In this document: piece after piece, positions 54,016 through 63,414 of the stretch
Layout: each line of letters starts with the position of its first letter
Position numbering within the stretch: the first letter of the stretch is position 1
Origin: a virus
Lineage: Duplodnaviria; Caudoviricetes
Length of the DNA stretch: 64,000 nucleotides
IMG/VR virus record: IMGVR_UViG_3300020045_007949
Location: 1 to 64,000 of that record
Direction: 5' to 3' (one strand)
Made by a program: the position numbers and the translations under genes
Notes under the pieces: generated by a model
Seen by the model: the letters and a program-made list of their open reading frames with translations, nothing else
Databases searched by the model: none
What the model was told of the DNA's origin: nothing

Positions 54016-54263
54016 GAATTTATTTTTTGAATAGTTTCTTCTCTTTTTAACATTTCTTCTGCCATCATAAAAGATTTTTTAGCTATATCGTAAAAGTTAA
54101 GGTCAAAATCTGCCTTCCATCCATTCATTCCTAAAAAATATTTTATTTTATTGAGTAAAGTCATTCGCCTGTGTTTAGCTTGTGATTCTACAAATATTTT
54201 CATTACCTCTAATGCTACATCACTTAATGCTAATTTTTTATCTGTATTTTTCATTTTATTCAT
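54000..54263 (-). CDS. hypothetical protein
   Basis: ORF track. Confidence 0.6.
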   Translation of the reverse strand: MNKMKNTDKKLALSDVALEVMKIFVESQAKHRRMTLLNKIKYFLGMNGWKADFDLNFYDIAKKSFMMAEEMLKREETIQKINSCTEE

Positions 54264-54615
54264 TAATTATAGTTACAACTGTATTTTCTTTTATTACCAC
54301 TTTGAATAATCCCGAAGGATAAGTTCCGTTACCCAATTCCTTTTGAGCTTCCGAAATTCCCGAAACAATCTTTTCTTCAATTTCCTCTAAATTGAATCCT
54401 AAAACACGCTCGAAATATCTAAGCATAGCGTGTTCAGTTACCTTTAGTTCTCCTTTCTTCATGTCATTTATTTTAGTTATAAGTGAAACTCGCTCTTTCT
54501 TTAATCCATTATAAGTCCTTTGATATTCAGCCATAATATTGTGAATATCAAAAATCTGCTCCTCTAACTTTCTTAGCTGGGTCTTTAACTTCTTGGCTTC
54601 TCTAACTTCTTTCAT
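54256..54615 (-). CDS. coiled-coil protein with VTEHAMLRYFERV domain
   Basis: ORF track; motif. Confidence 0.7.
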   Translation of the reverse strand: MKEVREAKKLKTQLRKLEEQIFDIHNIMAEYQRTYNGLKKERVSLITKINDMKKGELKVTEHAMLRYFERVLGFNLEEIEEKIVSGISEAQKELGNGTYPSGLFKVVIKENTVVTIINE

Positions 54616-54764
54616 TGGTGGTAGAAATTATAGATAAACTCAATCTCAGAACCAGTTAAGTCTTCCATTGTAATTAAATCACCAAGAACAGCACGTTTGC
54701 TTTCAATTTGTCTATCGAAAGAAAGAATATTCCACCATTCGATTGCTTTTTGTTTATTATTCAT
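54612..54764 (-). CDS. 50-aa protein, paralog 1 (not in ORF track)
   Basis: MNNKQKAIEWWNILSFDRQI... Confidence 0.65.
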   Translation of the reverse strand: MNNKQKAIEWWNILSFDRQIESKRAVLGDLITMEDLTGSEIEFIYNFYHQ

Positions 54765-54924
54765 CTATTTTACCGTTTAAAAAGTATTCATAAAAAATCT
54801 CTATACTAAACCAACTAATCATTGATATTGAAAACCAAGTTCCAAGATATTTGTTTTTAATTCTAATCTGCTCCTCGAAATCCAAATTGTTCCACCATTC
54901 GATTGCTTTTTGTCTATTTGTCAT
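54757..54924 (-). CDS. 55-aa protein, paralog 2 (not in ORF track)
   Basis: MTNRQKAIEWWNNLDFEEQI... Confidence 0.65.
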   Translation of the reverse strand: MTNRQKAIEWWNNLDFEEQIRIKNKYLGTWFSISMISWFSIEIFYEYFLNGKIDE

Positions 54925-55067
54925 TGTCTAAAAAGTTTAAGATTCTCGTATAATAAACACCATAAAGGTACGCTAAAGACATAATTAGCGTTTCGTGTTT
55001 ATCTAAGATACTCCAAAAGAAAAATATTAAGCCAATAGTTAGTGCTATTAGTAAAATTGATTTGTGT

Positions 55068-55703
55068 TTATTTTTCATAAATTCCTATTCGTTTATTTAA
55101 TTTGTATCTATACTCTAATCTTTCTTCGTCGGTTAAATAACCTTCCTCTTGTAGTTGCTTAATAATTTCCTTACAAATGTTCTTAGCTTCAACTAATTCC
55201 TCTTTGCTTAATTTCAGCGAAGGATATTCTGCCCGAAGTGATTCAATATACTCAAAGTATGAAACCCCGAACTTTTCAATCAATCGAGTTCTGAAACCGT
55301 TAAAATTACCCGATAAATAAAGATTATCGTGAACACTTTGAAGCCAAATGTTGTGTAAGTTAAATCGGAGTGAAGGAAAAGCTCCACGACTAAAAAGATG
55401 CCCTGCTTGTCCAGTAGAACCTGTACTATTCCCCGAAGAAATACATTCGTGCTTTCTATCGAGTAATCTCACAATCTTGTTAATCTCCTTTTGTAAGTCG
55501 TTCTGATAATCTGAAAGAGTTTTAATTTTCTCCTTCATTTCTTTCTTCCGACTTACCCACTGCTGTTTTTCTTTTTTCTGAACTTTCACTTCTTCTTGTT
55601 CGCTCTTTTTCTTTGCGAACTCAATTGCACAAGTAACAGAACAAACTTTCTGAATAGAATTTTTCGGAGAAAACTCAACGCCACAAACTTTACATTTCTT
55701 CAT
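55068..55703 (-). CDS. ninG: NinG/Rap-family recombination nuclease
   Basis: CKVC...QKVCSVTCA; CISSG; AGH; LRFNLHNIWLQSVHDN. Confidence 0.85.
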   Translation of the reverse strand: MKKCKVCGVEFSPKNSIQKVCSVTCAIEFAKKKSEQEEVKVQKKEKQQWVSRKKEMKEKIKTLSDYQNDLQKEINKIVRLLDRKHECISSGNSTGSTGQAGHLFSRGAFPSLRFNLHNIWLQSVHDNLYLSGNFNGFRTRLIEKFGVSYFEYIESLRAEYPSLKLSKEELVEAKNICKEIIKQLQEEGYLTDEERLEYRYKLNKRIGIYEK

Positions 55704-55721
55704 AAATCATTAATTATAAGG

Positions 55722-55752
55722 CAAATATAAATATTTGTGACGACAAATCAAA
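55722..55752 (-). promoter_or_regulatory. Bacteroidota consensus promoter
   Basis: TTTG-N19-TATATTTG. Confidence 0.7.
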
Positions 55753-55760
55753 GAGAAATA

Positions 55761-56078
55761 TTAGAAATTATACTTGCCTTCTAATAGCCAATTCTTTTTG
55801 TGTAAGGAAATAAATTCATCAAAAGTATCGAAAGACTGCATAAATACTTGGGTTTCAATATTAATATCTACACCACCTATACAGGATATTTTTGTATTCA
55901 TTCTGAACTTGTAACTGCCAAATCCAGTATCAATCATTCCTCCATAGGAGAATTTTTTATTTGAAAGGTAAAACGATACTCCATTCCCATTAGGATAAGC
56001 ATTAATGTATGCTTTCTTTTTTCTAAGATAATCTATTATCTTTTGAAATTCCTCGTCAATATAATCTTGATTGTTCAT
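55761..56078 (-). CDS. hypothetical protein
   Basis: ORF track. Confidence 0.65.
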   Translation of the reverse strand: MNNQDYIDEEFQKIIDYLRKKKAYINAYPNGNGVSFYLSNKKFSYGGMIDTGFGSYKFRMNTKISCIGGVDINIETQVFMQSFDTFDEFISLHKKNWLLEGKYNF

Positions 56079-56080
56079 AG

Positions 56081-56263
56081 TTAATTTGGATAAACGGTTC
56101 TTGTTCTTGTTTCTCTTTGCACGATAGGCTTATCACTCACTCTCTCAAAATGCTTCAACCACAAACTTGATTTTAAGAAATCTAAGTGGAACGTCACTCC
56201 ATGTATGGTTAATTTATCTCGCAACTTATGTGGCGGATATACTTTTTCTTTGAATATTGTCAT
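56081..56263 (-). CDS. hypothetical protein
   Basis: ORF track. Confidence 0.6.
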   Translation of the reverse strand: MTIFKEKVYPPHKLRDKLTIHGVTFHLDFLKSSLWLKHFERVSDKPIVQRETRTRTVYPN

Positions 56264-56517
56264 TTTTTACTTACTTTTAAAACTTGAAAAATATTTTCAT
56301 CTTTAGCCCAAATAGCGAAGTCATTAAATATGGAAATTAAACCACATCTTCCACTATACCTTCGCCTCGCAAGAATAAAAACCTTGCCTCTGTAAAATAC
56401 AATTGGTCTATTAAAATCGTCTCTATGAAGAAATTCAGATTGAGAATTTGTAATTAATTCACCCACTTCAAAATACTCCTCATTCCAATTCCAAGACAAT
56501 TTGTTTCTTTTCTTCAT
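56260..56517 (-). CDS. hypothetical protein
   Basis: ORF track. Confidence 0.6.
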   Translation of the reverse strand: MKKRNKLSWNWNEEYFEVGELITNSQSEFLHRDDFNRPIVFYRGKVFILARRRYSGRCGLISIFNDFAIWAKDENIFQVLKVSKK

Positions 56518-56521
56518 ATAT

Positions 56522-56902
56522 CTACCAAATTAATTGTGATGAATGAAATGAAACAAACTCCCGAACTTTGCCAACAAAAGCCTTTTCAACGTCTATAAAG
56601 ACGAACTGAGACTCTTTTACTTTTCTATCAGATTTTACAGCATATCCATAATCTTCTAACGACATTACTTTACGCTCACATATTTCAGCCTCACCAGTGA
56701 AGTAGTCTTTAATCTTCATAAACTTAACTACACCTATTTTTAAGGCTTTAAAGTACTCATAAGCCGACTTAACAGCCTCCGAGAAGTAATTTCTTCTCTC
56801 CAATTCTTTAGCCTCTTTATCTTGGCTTAATTCTTGTTCTTTTTTAGGGCAAATTTCTCTGTAAATCGCCCATGCTTTTAATGAAATTTTTGAAGTAAAC
56901 AT
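56522..56902 (-). CDS. hypothetical protein
   Basis: ORF track. Confidence 0.7.
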   Translation of the reverse strand: MFTSKISLKAWAIYREICPKKEQELSQDKEAKELERRNYFSEAVKSAYEYFKALKIGVVKFMKIKDYFTGEAEICERKVMSLEDYGYAVKSDRKVKESQFVFIDVEKAFVGKVREFVSFHSSQLIW

Positions 56903-57143
56903 TGTCTTAAAAGTTTAAATTGTTGATAATTTTTTAACACCCAATTAAACACCACACAAGTAGTGCGAAATACAATAATTTATCCATTTTTTTTAAGTTT
57001 TTTTAACTGTTCCCTAATTCCCTCTCTATCGGCAAGTGGATTTAGTGAAGCCACGAGAAGCCTTAATACCTCACTACTGTTTGTAAAGCCCTCCAAAGTT
57101 TCTATTGTAGCCTTATCGAAAGTATAATTCTTTCTATACTTTT

Positions 57144-57395
57144 TCATAGCTTAGAAGTTTCAAACCTTGCCTCTCTATAAGCTTTTTCGTGTTCTGCCGA
57201 AGGCTTAGAAACATCAACACCTTCCCAATTAACTCTTGACATAATCTCTACTACTTTAGCAAAAATCTCCCTTACAGGCTTAATTGCATGAGGAAAAATA
57301 ATTGTATCTCCTTTTGTGGTTTCGCATTTGATATAAGTAACCGTGCCGACTGTTTCAGTGTATAACCTAAGTCCTTTTATTTTATCTGTTTTCAT
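57144..57395 (-). CDS. hypothetical protein
   Basis: ORF track. Confidence 0.65.
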   Translation of the reverse strand: MKTDKIKGLRLYTETVGTVTYIKCETTKGDTIIFPHAIKPVREIFAKVVEIMSRVNWEGVDVSKPSAEHEKAYREARFETSKL

Positions 57396-57545
57396 AATAA
57401 ATATAATAATGTGAATAATAAAACGATGAATAAAAATCTCAATATAGGCGTAATTTTTCCCACCGCAAGCGTAATGGAATTAAGGATAATAATTCCAATA
57501 GCGAAGGCATAAATAGCCGACACTATTAATTTAAGGTTAAGTAAA

Positions 57546-57824
57546 TCATAATTGTTTGATTAAGTATTGTAAATATTTTATTCTTGATTCAAGTTCATTT
57601 CCTTCCCATAATTCATTTTTACCTACCCAATATTTGCCTCTAAATTCTAAAGGAACTAATTCGGGATTTTGAAATTTATCAACAAGTCTATCGTAGGCTT
57701 TATTGCTTATTAAGCCTTTCATTCTAAGCCTGTTTAATGAGTTACAAATCCATTTGCCCCAAATGAATGTTTTTAGTTCATCTATCACCATTTGATAGAT
57801 TATTTTATCAGTTAATTTTTCCAT
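57546..57824 (-). CDS. hypothetical protein
   Basis: ORF track. Confidence 0.65.
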   Translation of the reverse strand: MEKLTDKIIYQMVIDELKTFIWGKWICNSLNRLRMKGLISNKAYDRLVDKFQNPELVPLEFRGKYWVGKNELWEGNELESRIKYLQYLIKQL

Positions 57825-57967
57825 TGTTTTATTTGTTTAATATTGTAAAATTAAATACTATTTTAATCACTTCAAAGATAAATTTGCTTTTTCTTTTCTT
57901 TTTTTGTATCTTGTATTAAATTCTTTCAAAAATGTTTATTTGAGAAAGTAAAAAATACGGTAAAAAT

Positions 57968-58447
57968 ATGGTAAATAAATATGGTACGGTTATTTCTAAG
58001 CCCAAAGGGGCAATTCATAAATCTACGCAAAAGAAAAGAGAATTTTCAGGGCTAATGAGAAATGAGGTTTTGATGTATATGATGCAAATGCCACTCTTGG
58101 ATTTTGCTAAAAAGAATACGCAGTTTTTTGAATTTGTCGAATTGCAATTCGGAGAATCTGCAAAAAATATGATTGTTCAAGATGCTGTTGCTTACCAAAA
58201 TATTGCATACAATATTATGAATCCAAGCCCTAAAGACCTTTCTTATTTATGGGCTGAAATGTATGGAAAAGTTAAGGAAGCAAGCGAAGCTAAAACTTTT
58301 GAGTTGCCACAAATGCAAGACGAATCCGAAATTCTTAATAAGTTGGATACGAGAACTCTCGAAATGCTTTTAGCACAAAGGAAATCTTTGGAAGCCCCGA
58401 AAGAAACTTTTCAACCTAAGGAAGAATTTGAACTTATCTCAATATAA
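57968..58447 (+). CDS. candidate terminase small subunit
   Basis: KPKGAIHKSTQK N-terminus and LWAEMYGKVKE resemble TerS patterns; lone plus-strand gene with a promoter-like site at 57883-57914. Confidence 0.45.
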   Translation: MVNKYGTVISKPKGAIHKSTQKKREFSGLMRNEVLMYMMQMPLLDFAKKNTQFFEFVELQFGESAKNMIVQDAVAYQNIAYNIMNPSPKDLSYLWAEMYGKVKEASEAKTFELPQMQDESEILNKLDTRTLEMLLAQRKSLEAPKETFQPKEEFELISI

Positions 58448-58826
58448 TATGAAACAACATTGAACGTCGATAATGAGCCTTGTTTTTTTCTAAGTTTATT
58501 ACCACTTCATTTTCTAAATATTCTGTTTGAAATAGTTCGGGATAATGTCCCGTTATATAATAAGGCAACTTTGAAATCTTGAAATTCGGGCAATGTTTCA
58601 TAAATAAAACCATTCTCCTATATATACTTGTACGAACTTTAGTGGTTAATTCCTGTGCCTCGATGAGTTCTTGATATTCTAAAATTAAATTAACCTTAGA
58701 ATGAACCTTTAAAACTTCATCGGGAGTAAGAATAATAAATTGTCTTGCCATTGTTAAATTAGGGTATTCCACGAACCTCAAAAACTCTAACTTGCCTTCT
58801 TTTCGGTAACTAACTTTTATCTTCAT
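58434..58826 (-). CDS. hypothetical early protein
   Basis: ORF track. Confidence 0.65.
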   Translation of the reverse strand: MKIKVSYRKEGKLEFLRFVEYPNLTMARQFIILTPDEVLKVHSKVNLILEYQELIEAQELTTKVRTSIYRRMVLFMKHCPNFKISKLPYYITGHYPELFQTEYLENEVVINLEKNKAHYRRSMLFHIILR

Positions 58827-59061
58827 CTAAATTTCTTCGTTTAAGTGATTCACTAAAAATATTATCCAAGTTTGCATAGAAAACCTGTTTTGCAATTTCA
58901 ATATTAATATCAAGACTACTCAAAAACTGTTTTTCAACACTCTTTTTATTAATTTCCCTACAATTGCACTCAACTTCTAAAAGGAGTGTGGCGAATGAGT
59001 AAGAATCTACTATATTCGATTCTATTTCGTGACTATTTAAGTCAATATTATTCCAATTCAT
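58810..59061 (-). CDS. hypothetical early protein
   Basis: ORF track. Confidence 0.7.
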   Translation of the reverse strand: MNWNNIDLNSHEIESNIVDSYSFATLLLEVECNCREINKKSVEKQFLSSLDINIEIAKQVFYANLDNIFSESLKRRNLDEDKS

Positions 59062-59065
59062 TTTC

Positions 59066-59341
59066 TTATTTTGTTAATGATTTAATTTTTCCTAAATAAT
59101 CTAACACTTTACAAGCTACTTTATAACTTACATAAATATTGACTATTTTAACCCTGTTTTTACCCCAATTAGTCATATAGTGTGATTTACGCTTAGTGTA
59201 TGAAACTCTTTTCTCATATCTACTTATTAAAACTTTTGTTATCCTTTCAGTAATTCCGCCTATATAGTAAGCGTTACTAAGCGATAAAGTCCAATATGTA
59301 AAGCCATCTTTATGGCAACTTAATAAATATTCTGTTTTCAT
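59066..59341 (-). CDS. hypothetical early protein
   Basis: ORF track. Confidence 0.6.
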   Translation of the reverse strand: MKTEYLLSCHKDGFTYWTLSLSNAYYIGGITERITKVLISRYEKRVSYTKRKSHYMTNWGKNRVKIVNIYVSYKVACKVLDYLGKIKSLTK

Positions 59342-59526
59342 TGTTTTAATAGTTTATGCCTATATTTGGATAAAAGTAAGCATTGATAATCACTTAATTC
59401 TGCAAAATGAACAAGAAAAGCATACTCTTCATTCAAAAGGTTCTTTACTTTCTCATTGTCATCAATTACTTTCAATTGTAAATAAAGTGATTTTAATTGC
59501 TTTTTTGCTTTTTGGTAATTATTCAT
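59338..59526 (-). CDS. hypothetical early protein
   Basis: ORF track. Confidence 0.6.
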   Translation of the reverse strand: MNNYQKAKKQLKSLYLQLKVIDDNEKVKNLLNEEYAFLVHFAELSDYQCLLLSKYRHKLLKQ

Positions 59527-59709
59527 TTTGTTTAAAGCTCCCTACGTGTATATTCTTTTTCTAATTTTAACTCAAATGTACTTAAAGCATTTGTAACTGT
59601 TAAAGGTAAAGTAACATGAGAATAATCTGCTATCACTTCATTGATTCTTGAAACTAAGTCGAAGTATTCGCTTAGTTCATTGTCTGATAGTTTCTTGATA
59701 TTTTCCATA

Positions 59710-60240
59710 TTATTTTACAATTTTTCCGTTTTCATCAAATTCATAATCATTAGCCTCCAAAGTTTCTAAAATAGCCTTTTCACTTGTCAAATACTCATAT
59801 TCTTTTTCGAGTATCATTGCATAATCTTCTAAAATATCATTTAGAAATTCATCTTCTAATTCACTCAACTTTTGCTCACTATCATTAGATTCATAGTTTT
59901 CGGAACTTTCATTCATATAATCGTTAAAAATCGGTTGCCAATTATCCATAAATTTATCAGCAGTTGCGAATGTTTCGCAACAAATAGCATGTTCGTTGAA
60001 GATGTTTTGTGCAACCTCATTTGCTGACAAATTAAACTTTCCAGTTGCGTGCCTATTTCTTTCTAAATCAAAACCTGTGATTTCTAAGCCAATTCTTTTG
60101 GCATCTTCATAAGTTGATTCCCACCAAATATAATCAACGTTAATATCCGAGTGTTTGCTTAGTACTTTTTTCTTTAATTCTTCATTCGTTTCTAAGTCGG
60201 AAAAAGAATATACTATTTGTTTAATTATTTGCGTTCTCAT
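59710..60240 (-). CDS. acidic early protein
   Basis: D/E-rich C-terminal half ending ANDYEFDENG. Confidence 0.75.
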   Translation of the reverse strand: MRTQIIKQIVYSFSDLETNEELKKKVLSKHSDINVDYIWWESTYEDAKRIGLEITGFDLERNRHATGKFNLSANEVAQNIFNEHAICCETFATADKFMDNWQPIFNDYMNESSENYESNDSEQKLSELEDEFLNDILEDYAMILEKEYEYLTSEKAILETLEANDYEFDENGKIVK

Positions 60241-60355
60241 TGTATTTTTTAGTTAAAAGTGAAACTATTTGATGTTAATTTATGTTATATTAATAAGCCC
60301 CAAGAAATTATGGCTATTTTTTTGAAGCGTCGGAGTAGTATCAAACTACTTTTAT

Positions 60356-60556
60356 CTACACAAACACCAACTCAAAACGTTTACTAAGTTCTATACAGTC
60401 AGAAATTAACTGACTAAGTACATAATAAGTGTATGAATTGTCATTACTATCTAAATAGTAACTTTCTTCACTACTTTCACTCTCATAGGCTTTTACTCTT
60501 ATTTCGTCATAACTATCTATTCTTTCTAATTCATGTTCTAATTGTTGATTTCTCAT
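60356..60556 (-). CDS. acidic early protein
   Basis: ORF track. Confidence 0.6.
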   Translation of the reverse strand: MRNQQLEHELERIDSYDEIRVKAYESESSEESYYLDSNDNSYTYYVLSQLISDCIELSKRFELVFV

Positions 60557-60676
60557 AAGTATATTAGTTTAAAATATTTTGTTTTAAGGTACTAAATAAC
60601 TCCTCTAAGGAACTAAAACCATTTAGGGCTTATGTTTGTATCACTTCTTACTAATAAGGCTTTAAAAGCTACTTTA

Positions 60677-60958
60677 TTAGTCAATTAATAGTTTATAATA
60701 GTCTGTGATAAACCATATATATAAATCTTTGCCAAAATTTGATTTAGGACAATATAGATTAACTTCTTCAATTAGCTTTTCTATTGCTATTGTGCCTATC
60801 TTTGAATCAAATTGTTGATGCAAATGAGCTTTTATAGCATGGTTGCACTTAGTTACGTTTTTATTTGCCAACTCTAAGTTGTTAAAAAGTTCTTCCATGT
60901 GTTTGTTTATTAAAATGTAAGTATTAATTGCCCGTTGGGATACCGCTTTTTTACCCAC
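60677..60958 (-). CDS. hypothetical early protein
   Basis: ORF track. Confidence 0.6.
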   Translation of the reverse strand: MGKKAVSQRAINTYILINKHMEELFNNLELANKNVTKCNHAIKAHLHQQFDSKIGTIAIEKLIEEVNLYCPKSNFGKDLYIWFITDYYKLLID

Positions 60959-61062
60959 TTTTCACACAAATTGTCATTATTAAACAACAAAACTTGCATT
61001 ATTCCGATATTTATTCCGAAAATTCCCAAGATAATACCGAAAAACGTTGTATCAAACCAAGA

Positions 61063-61266
61063 TTAAACAGTTTTCAATGCCTCGTAAGAAACATTAAGCC
61101 ATTTACAAAGAAACTTATCACTAATAACCCGAAAGGACAAAGGACGACTTTTAACCTCTTCAACCTCAACGACCTCAACAAACTTTTGAAGTTTGGATAC
61201 CGTATTTTTTGAGGCAACAACCTCAACAATTTGTGTGCCGTAGCACAACCAAAGTAATTTATTCAT
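61063..61266 (-). CDS. hypothetical early protein
   Basis: ORF track. Confidence 0.6.
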   Translation of the reverse strand: MNKLLWLCYGTQIVEVVASKNTVSKLQKFVEVVEVEEVKSRPLSFRVISDKFLCKWLNVSYEALKTV

Positions 61267-61444
61267 TTCCGTAGTTTTGTATTTTGTTTTTGAAATAAAA
61301 TTCTAATTCTCTCACTTGTATATCTTCACTGAAAATACCTGTCATAAACATTTTTCTGTTTTTCTTTATATGTAACTCATATTGGTTTTTTGTTTTATAC
61401 AATTTACCAATAAATACGCCTTGTTTTAATGTTAGTATAGTCAT
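61259..61444 (-). CDS. hypothetical early protein
   Basis: ORF track. Confidence 0.6.
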   Translation of the reverse strand: MTILTLKQGVFIGKLYKTKNQYELHIKKNRKMFMTGIFSEDIQVRELEFYFKNKIQNYGNE

Positions 61445-61660
61445 GTTTCTTTAAGGTTTAATTATCCGTACACTAATGCACGGATAAAAGGTTTATAATT
61501 TTTTCCACCAATATTTGCAAGGACTTTCAAAGCATAGTTTTGGAACTTCATAAATTTCACTAACTATGTATGTATGTTTGTTCATGCTTATTATATCCGA
61601 TACCAAAACGGCTACGAATATTTATTTTCTGATTGATATTTAGGTTTCTATATAGCATGG

Positions 61661-62041
61661 TTATAATATTTGATTATTTAAACTAATATCTTTAATTTGT
61701 CCGTTCCACTTTTCACCGTTCAAAAACCATTCACCTTTTTTCTGCTGAATAGAAACGTTAGGCAAGGCGTTTAATCTTTCTTTGGTTGTATTTGTAAACC
61801 AACCACAATTTTGGATTGAAATAAATTTGTTTCTCATAAATTGCATAGCAATCAAGTTACCATGCAACCTTAATTCCATTGCAACCCCCGTGTTTCTAAC
61901 TTCCATGTTGCCGCTTTTATAATTTTCTCCATTAAAAAAAGCATTTACCGATTCACTTGTAATTTTTCTCATTGTATTATTTTGTCTAAAAGGTTTGAAA
62001 TTAATATTAAAAGGTAAAATATAACTAAACATTTTACCCAA
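61661..62041 (-). CDS. conserved early phage protein (likely start MRKIT)
   Basis: LHGNLIA...GWFTNTTKERLNAL motif. Confidence 0.75.
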   Translation of the reverse strand: MGKMFSYILPFNINFKPFRQNNTMRKITSESVNAFFNGENYKSGNMEVRNTGVAMELRLHGNLIAMQFMRNKFISIQNCGWFTNTTKERLNALPNVSIQQKKGEWFLNGEKWNGQIKDISLNNQIL

Positions 62042-62089
62042 AAAGGAACTGTTATGTTAATATGATAACCGTCCTTTAGTTTGGTTATT

Positions 62090-62359
62090 TTAAACATCTA
62101 ATCCTTGGTTTTTAAACTCCGTATCGTTTTTAATTGACTTCATATAAGAACGATAACCGCCACGAACAAAAACAGTACTTCCAATTTTTCGTAAATCCCT
62201 GCCATAAGTAAAATTAGTTCCTGCATAGTGGTCTTGGCAATAGCCTAAATAATTCATTTCAGAATCATACAACTCAAAGAAAATACGTGGATTTCCGTTT
62301 ACATCGTTGTAAAAATTCTTAGTGATATAAAAATTTGCGGTAGTTGGTATTACTTGCAT
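62090..62359 (-). CDS. hypothetical early protein
   Basis: ORF track; NDVNGNPR motif. Confidence 0.7.
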   Translation of the reverse strand: MQVIPTTANFYITKNFYNDVNGNPRIFFELYDSEMNYLGYCQDHYAGTNFTYGRDLRKIGSTVFVRGGYRSYMKSIKNDTEFKNQGLDV

Positions 62360-62634
62360 AATGTTAATTGTTTAGAAGTTTTGAAAAATAAATATCTTAC
62401 TGTTTGTTCTAATTCCATAACCAAACTATCAGTTGTGAAATTATTATTTGTTAATGGTTTCATGGTTTTAATATTTAACTATTCGCATACTTTTCGTATA
62501 GAATCTGAAAGTACTAAACGGATGAGTAACAAAGTTGAACGCTTTATAATATATGTTACATTGTAAAGCATCGCAAGGTTTACAGGTTTTCATAATAGTA
62601 ATTTTTATTTCGTTGCTACGTTGTAACGTTTAGT

Positions 62635-62692
62635 AACCTACCGAACCAAACGAAGTTCGTACACATATTGTGCAAAGTTCTCTTTGTAGGTT
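62635..62692 (-). ncRNA. four-way-junction RNA motif, copy Y
   Basis: AACCTAC/GTAGGTT closing stem; third hairpin loop TCGTTT. Confidence 0.6.
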
Positions 62693-62699
62693 TTGAATA

Positions 62700-62930
62700 T
62701 TAATATACTACACAAACTATTTTCTGTTTTTCTTTATCATAATTTATGTATGAATTAACATACATAGTACTAAGGGGTTCTAATACACTGCAAACGTGGC
62801 GAACTGCATAGTTATCATTAAAAACAATTATTAGTTCGTCAGTTTCAAGTTCAAAACTAATCATACTTTTATCGTGTAATGTTTCAGTAATAAGTGAAAC
62901 AATTACTTTAAGTTTATTTTTCTTTGTCAT
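62700..62930 (-). CDS. hypothetical early protein
   Basis: ORF track. Confidence 0.7.
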   Translation of the reverse strand: MTKKNKLKVIVSLITETLHDKSMISFELETDELIIVFNDNYAVRHVCSVLEPLSTMYVNSYINYDKEKQKIVCVVY

Positions 62931-62972
62931 TTTGTTTATTTGTTTTATTTAGCTTAACAATATGTTAATTGC

Positions 62973-63035
62973 GACCTATCTAAGTAAACGAACTTAGCTA
63001 CGTAGTTTATTACGTAAAATTCTGAATTATAGGTC
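62973..63035 (-). ncRNA. four-way-junction RNA motif, copy X
   Basis: GACCTAT/ATAGGTC closing stem; third hairpin loop TCGTTT. Confidence 0.6.
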
Positions 63036-63043
63036 ATGTTTGC

Positions 63044-63059
63044 CAATATGTCAAAGAAC
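63044..63059 (-). promoter_or_regulatory. rrn-type boxA-like antitermination element
   Basis: GTTCTTTGACATATTG on minus strand. Confidence 0.65.
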
Positions 63060-63177
63060 TTTATTCAGCTACTAAACTCTAATACTTTGCAACGCTATGT
63101 ATTTATGAGAACTAAGCTAATTTGTTTTTACTGCTCAATTTTTTGCCTCCGTAGTTAGAAAATTGATAAACTTAAAA

Positions 63178-63345
63178 CTACCTTAAATTTTTGCGTAAAT
63201 CATAAATAAACGAAACAATTGAGACAATAAAACAAATAGGAATAAAAATATATAGTTTATTCAAATTATATCTGCCTACAAATAAAAATGATGCGAAAGA
63301 TAAAATAAAAAATTGTAAAATATTTTCTTTTAAAATGTTTTTCAT
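63178..63345 (-). CDS. small membrane protein, first early gene (start MKNILKE)
   Basis: 2 TM segments; track start overlaps the promoter. Confidence 0.6.
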   Translation of the reverse strand: MKNILKENILQFFILSFASFLFVGRYNLNKLYIFIPICFIVSIVSFIYDLRKNLR

Positions 63346-63384
63346 TGTATTGTTTATTTGTGGCTTATTGCCGTTTGACTGATA

Positions 63385-63414
63385 CAAATGTACAAGCTAT
63401 TTTTGTATTTACAA
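63385..63414 (-). promoter_or_regulatory. early promoter
   Basis: TTG-N19-TACATTTG. Confidence 0.7.

Noticed and set aside
60240-62090. Further copies of the four-way-junction motif in early intergenic spacers
   Set aside because: Hairpins exist (e.g. 61462-61487, 62042-62076) but lack the ACCTA closing stem and UCGUUU loop; treated as ordinary terminators or processing stems
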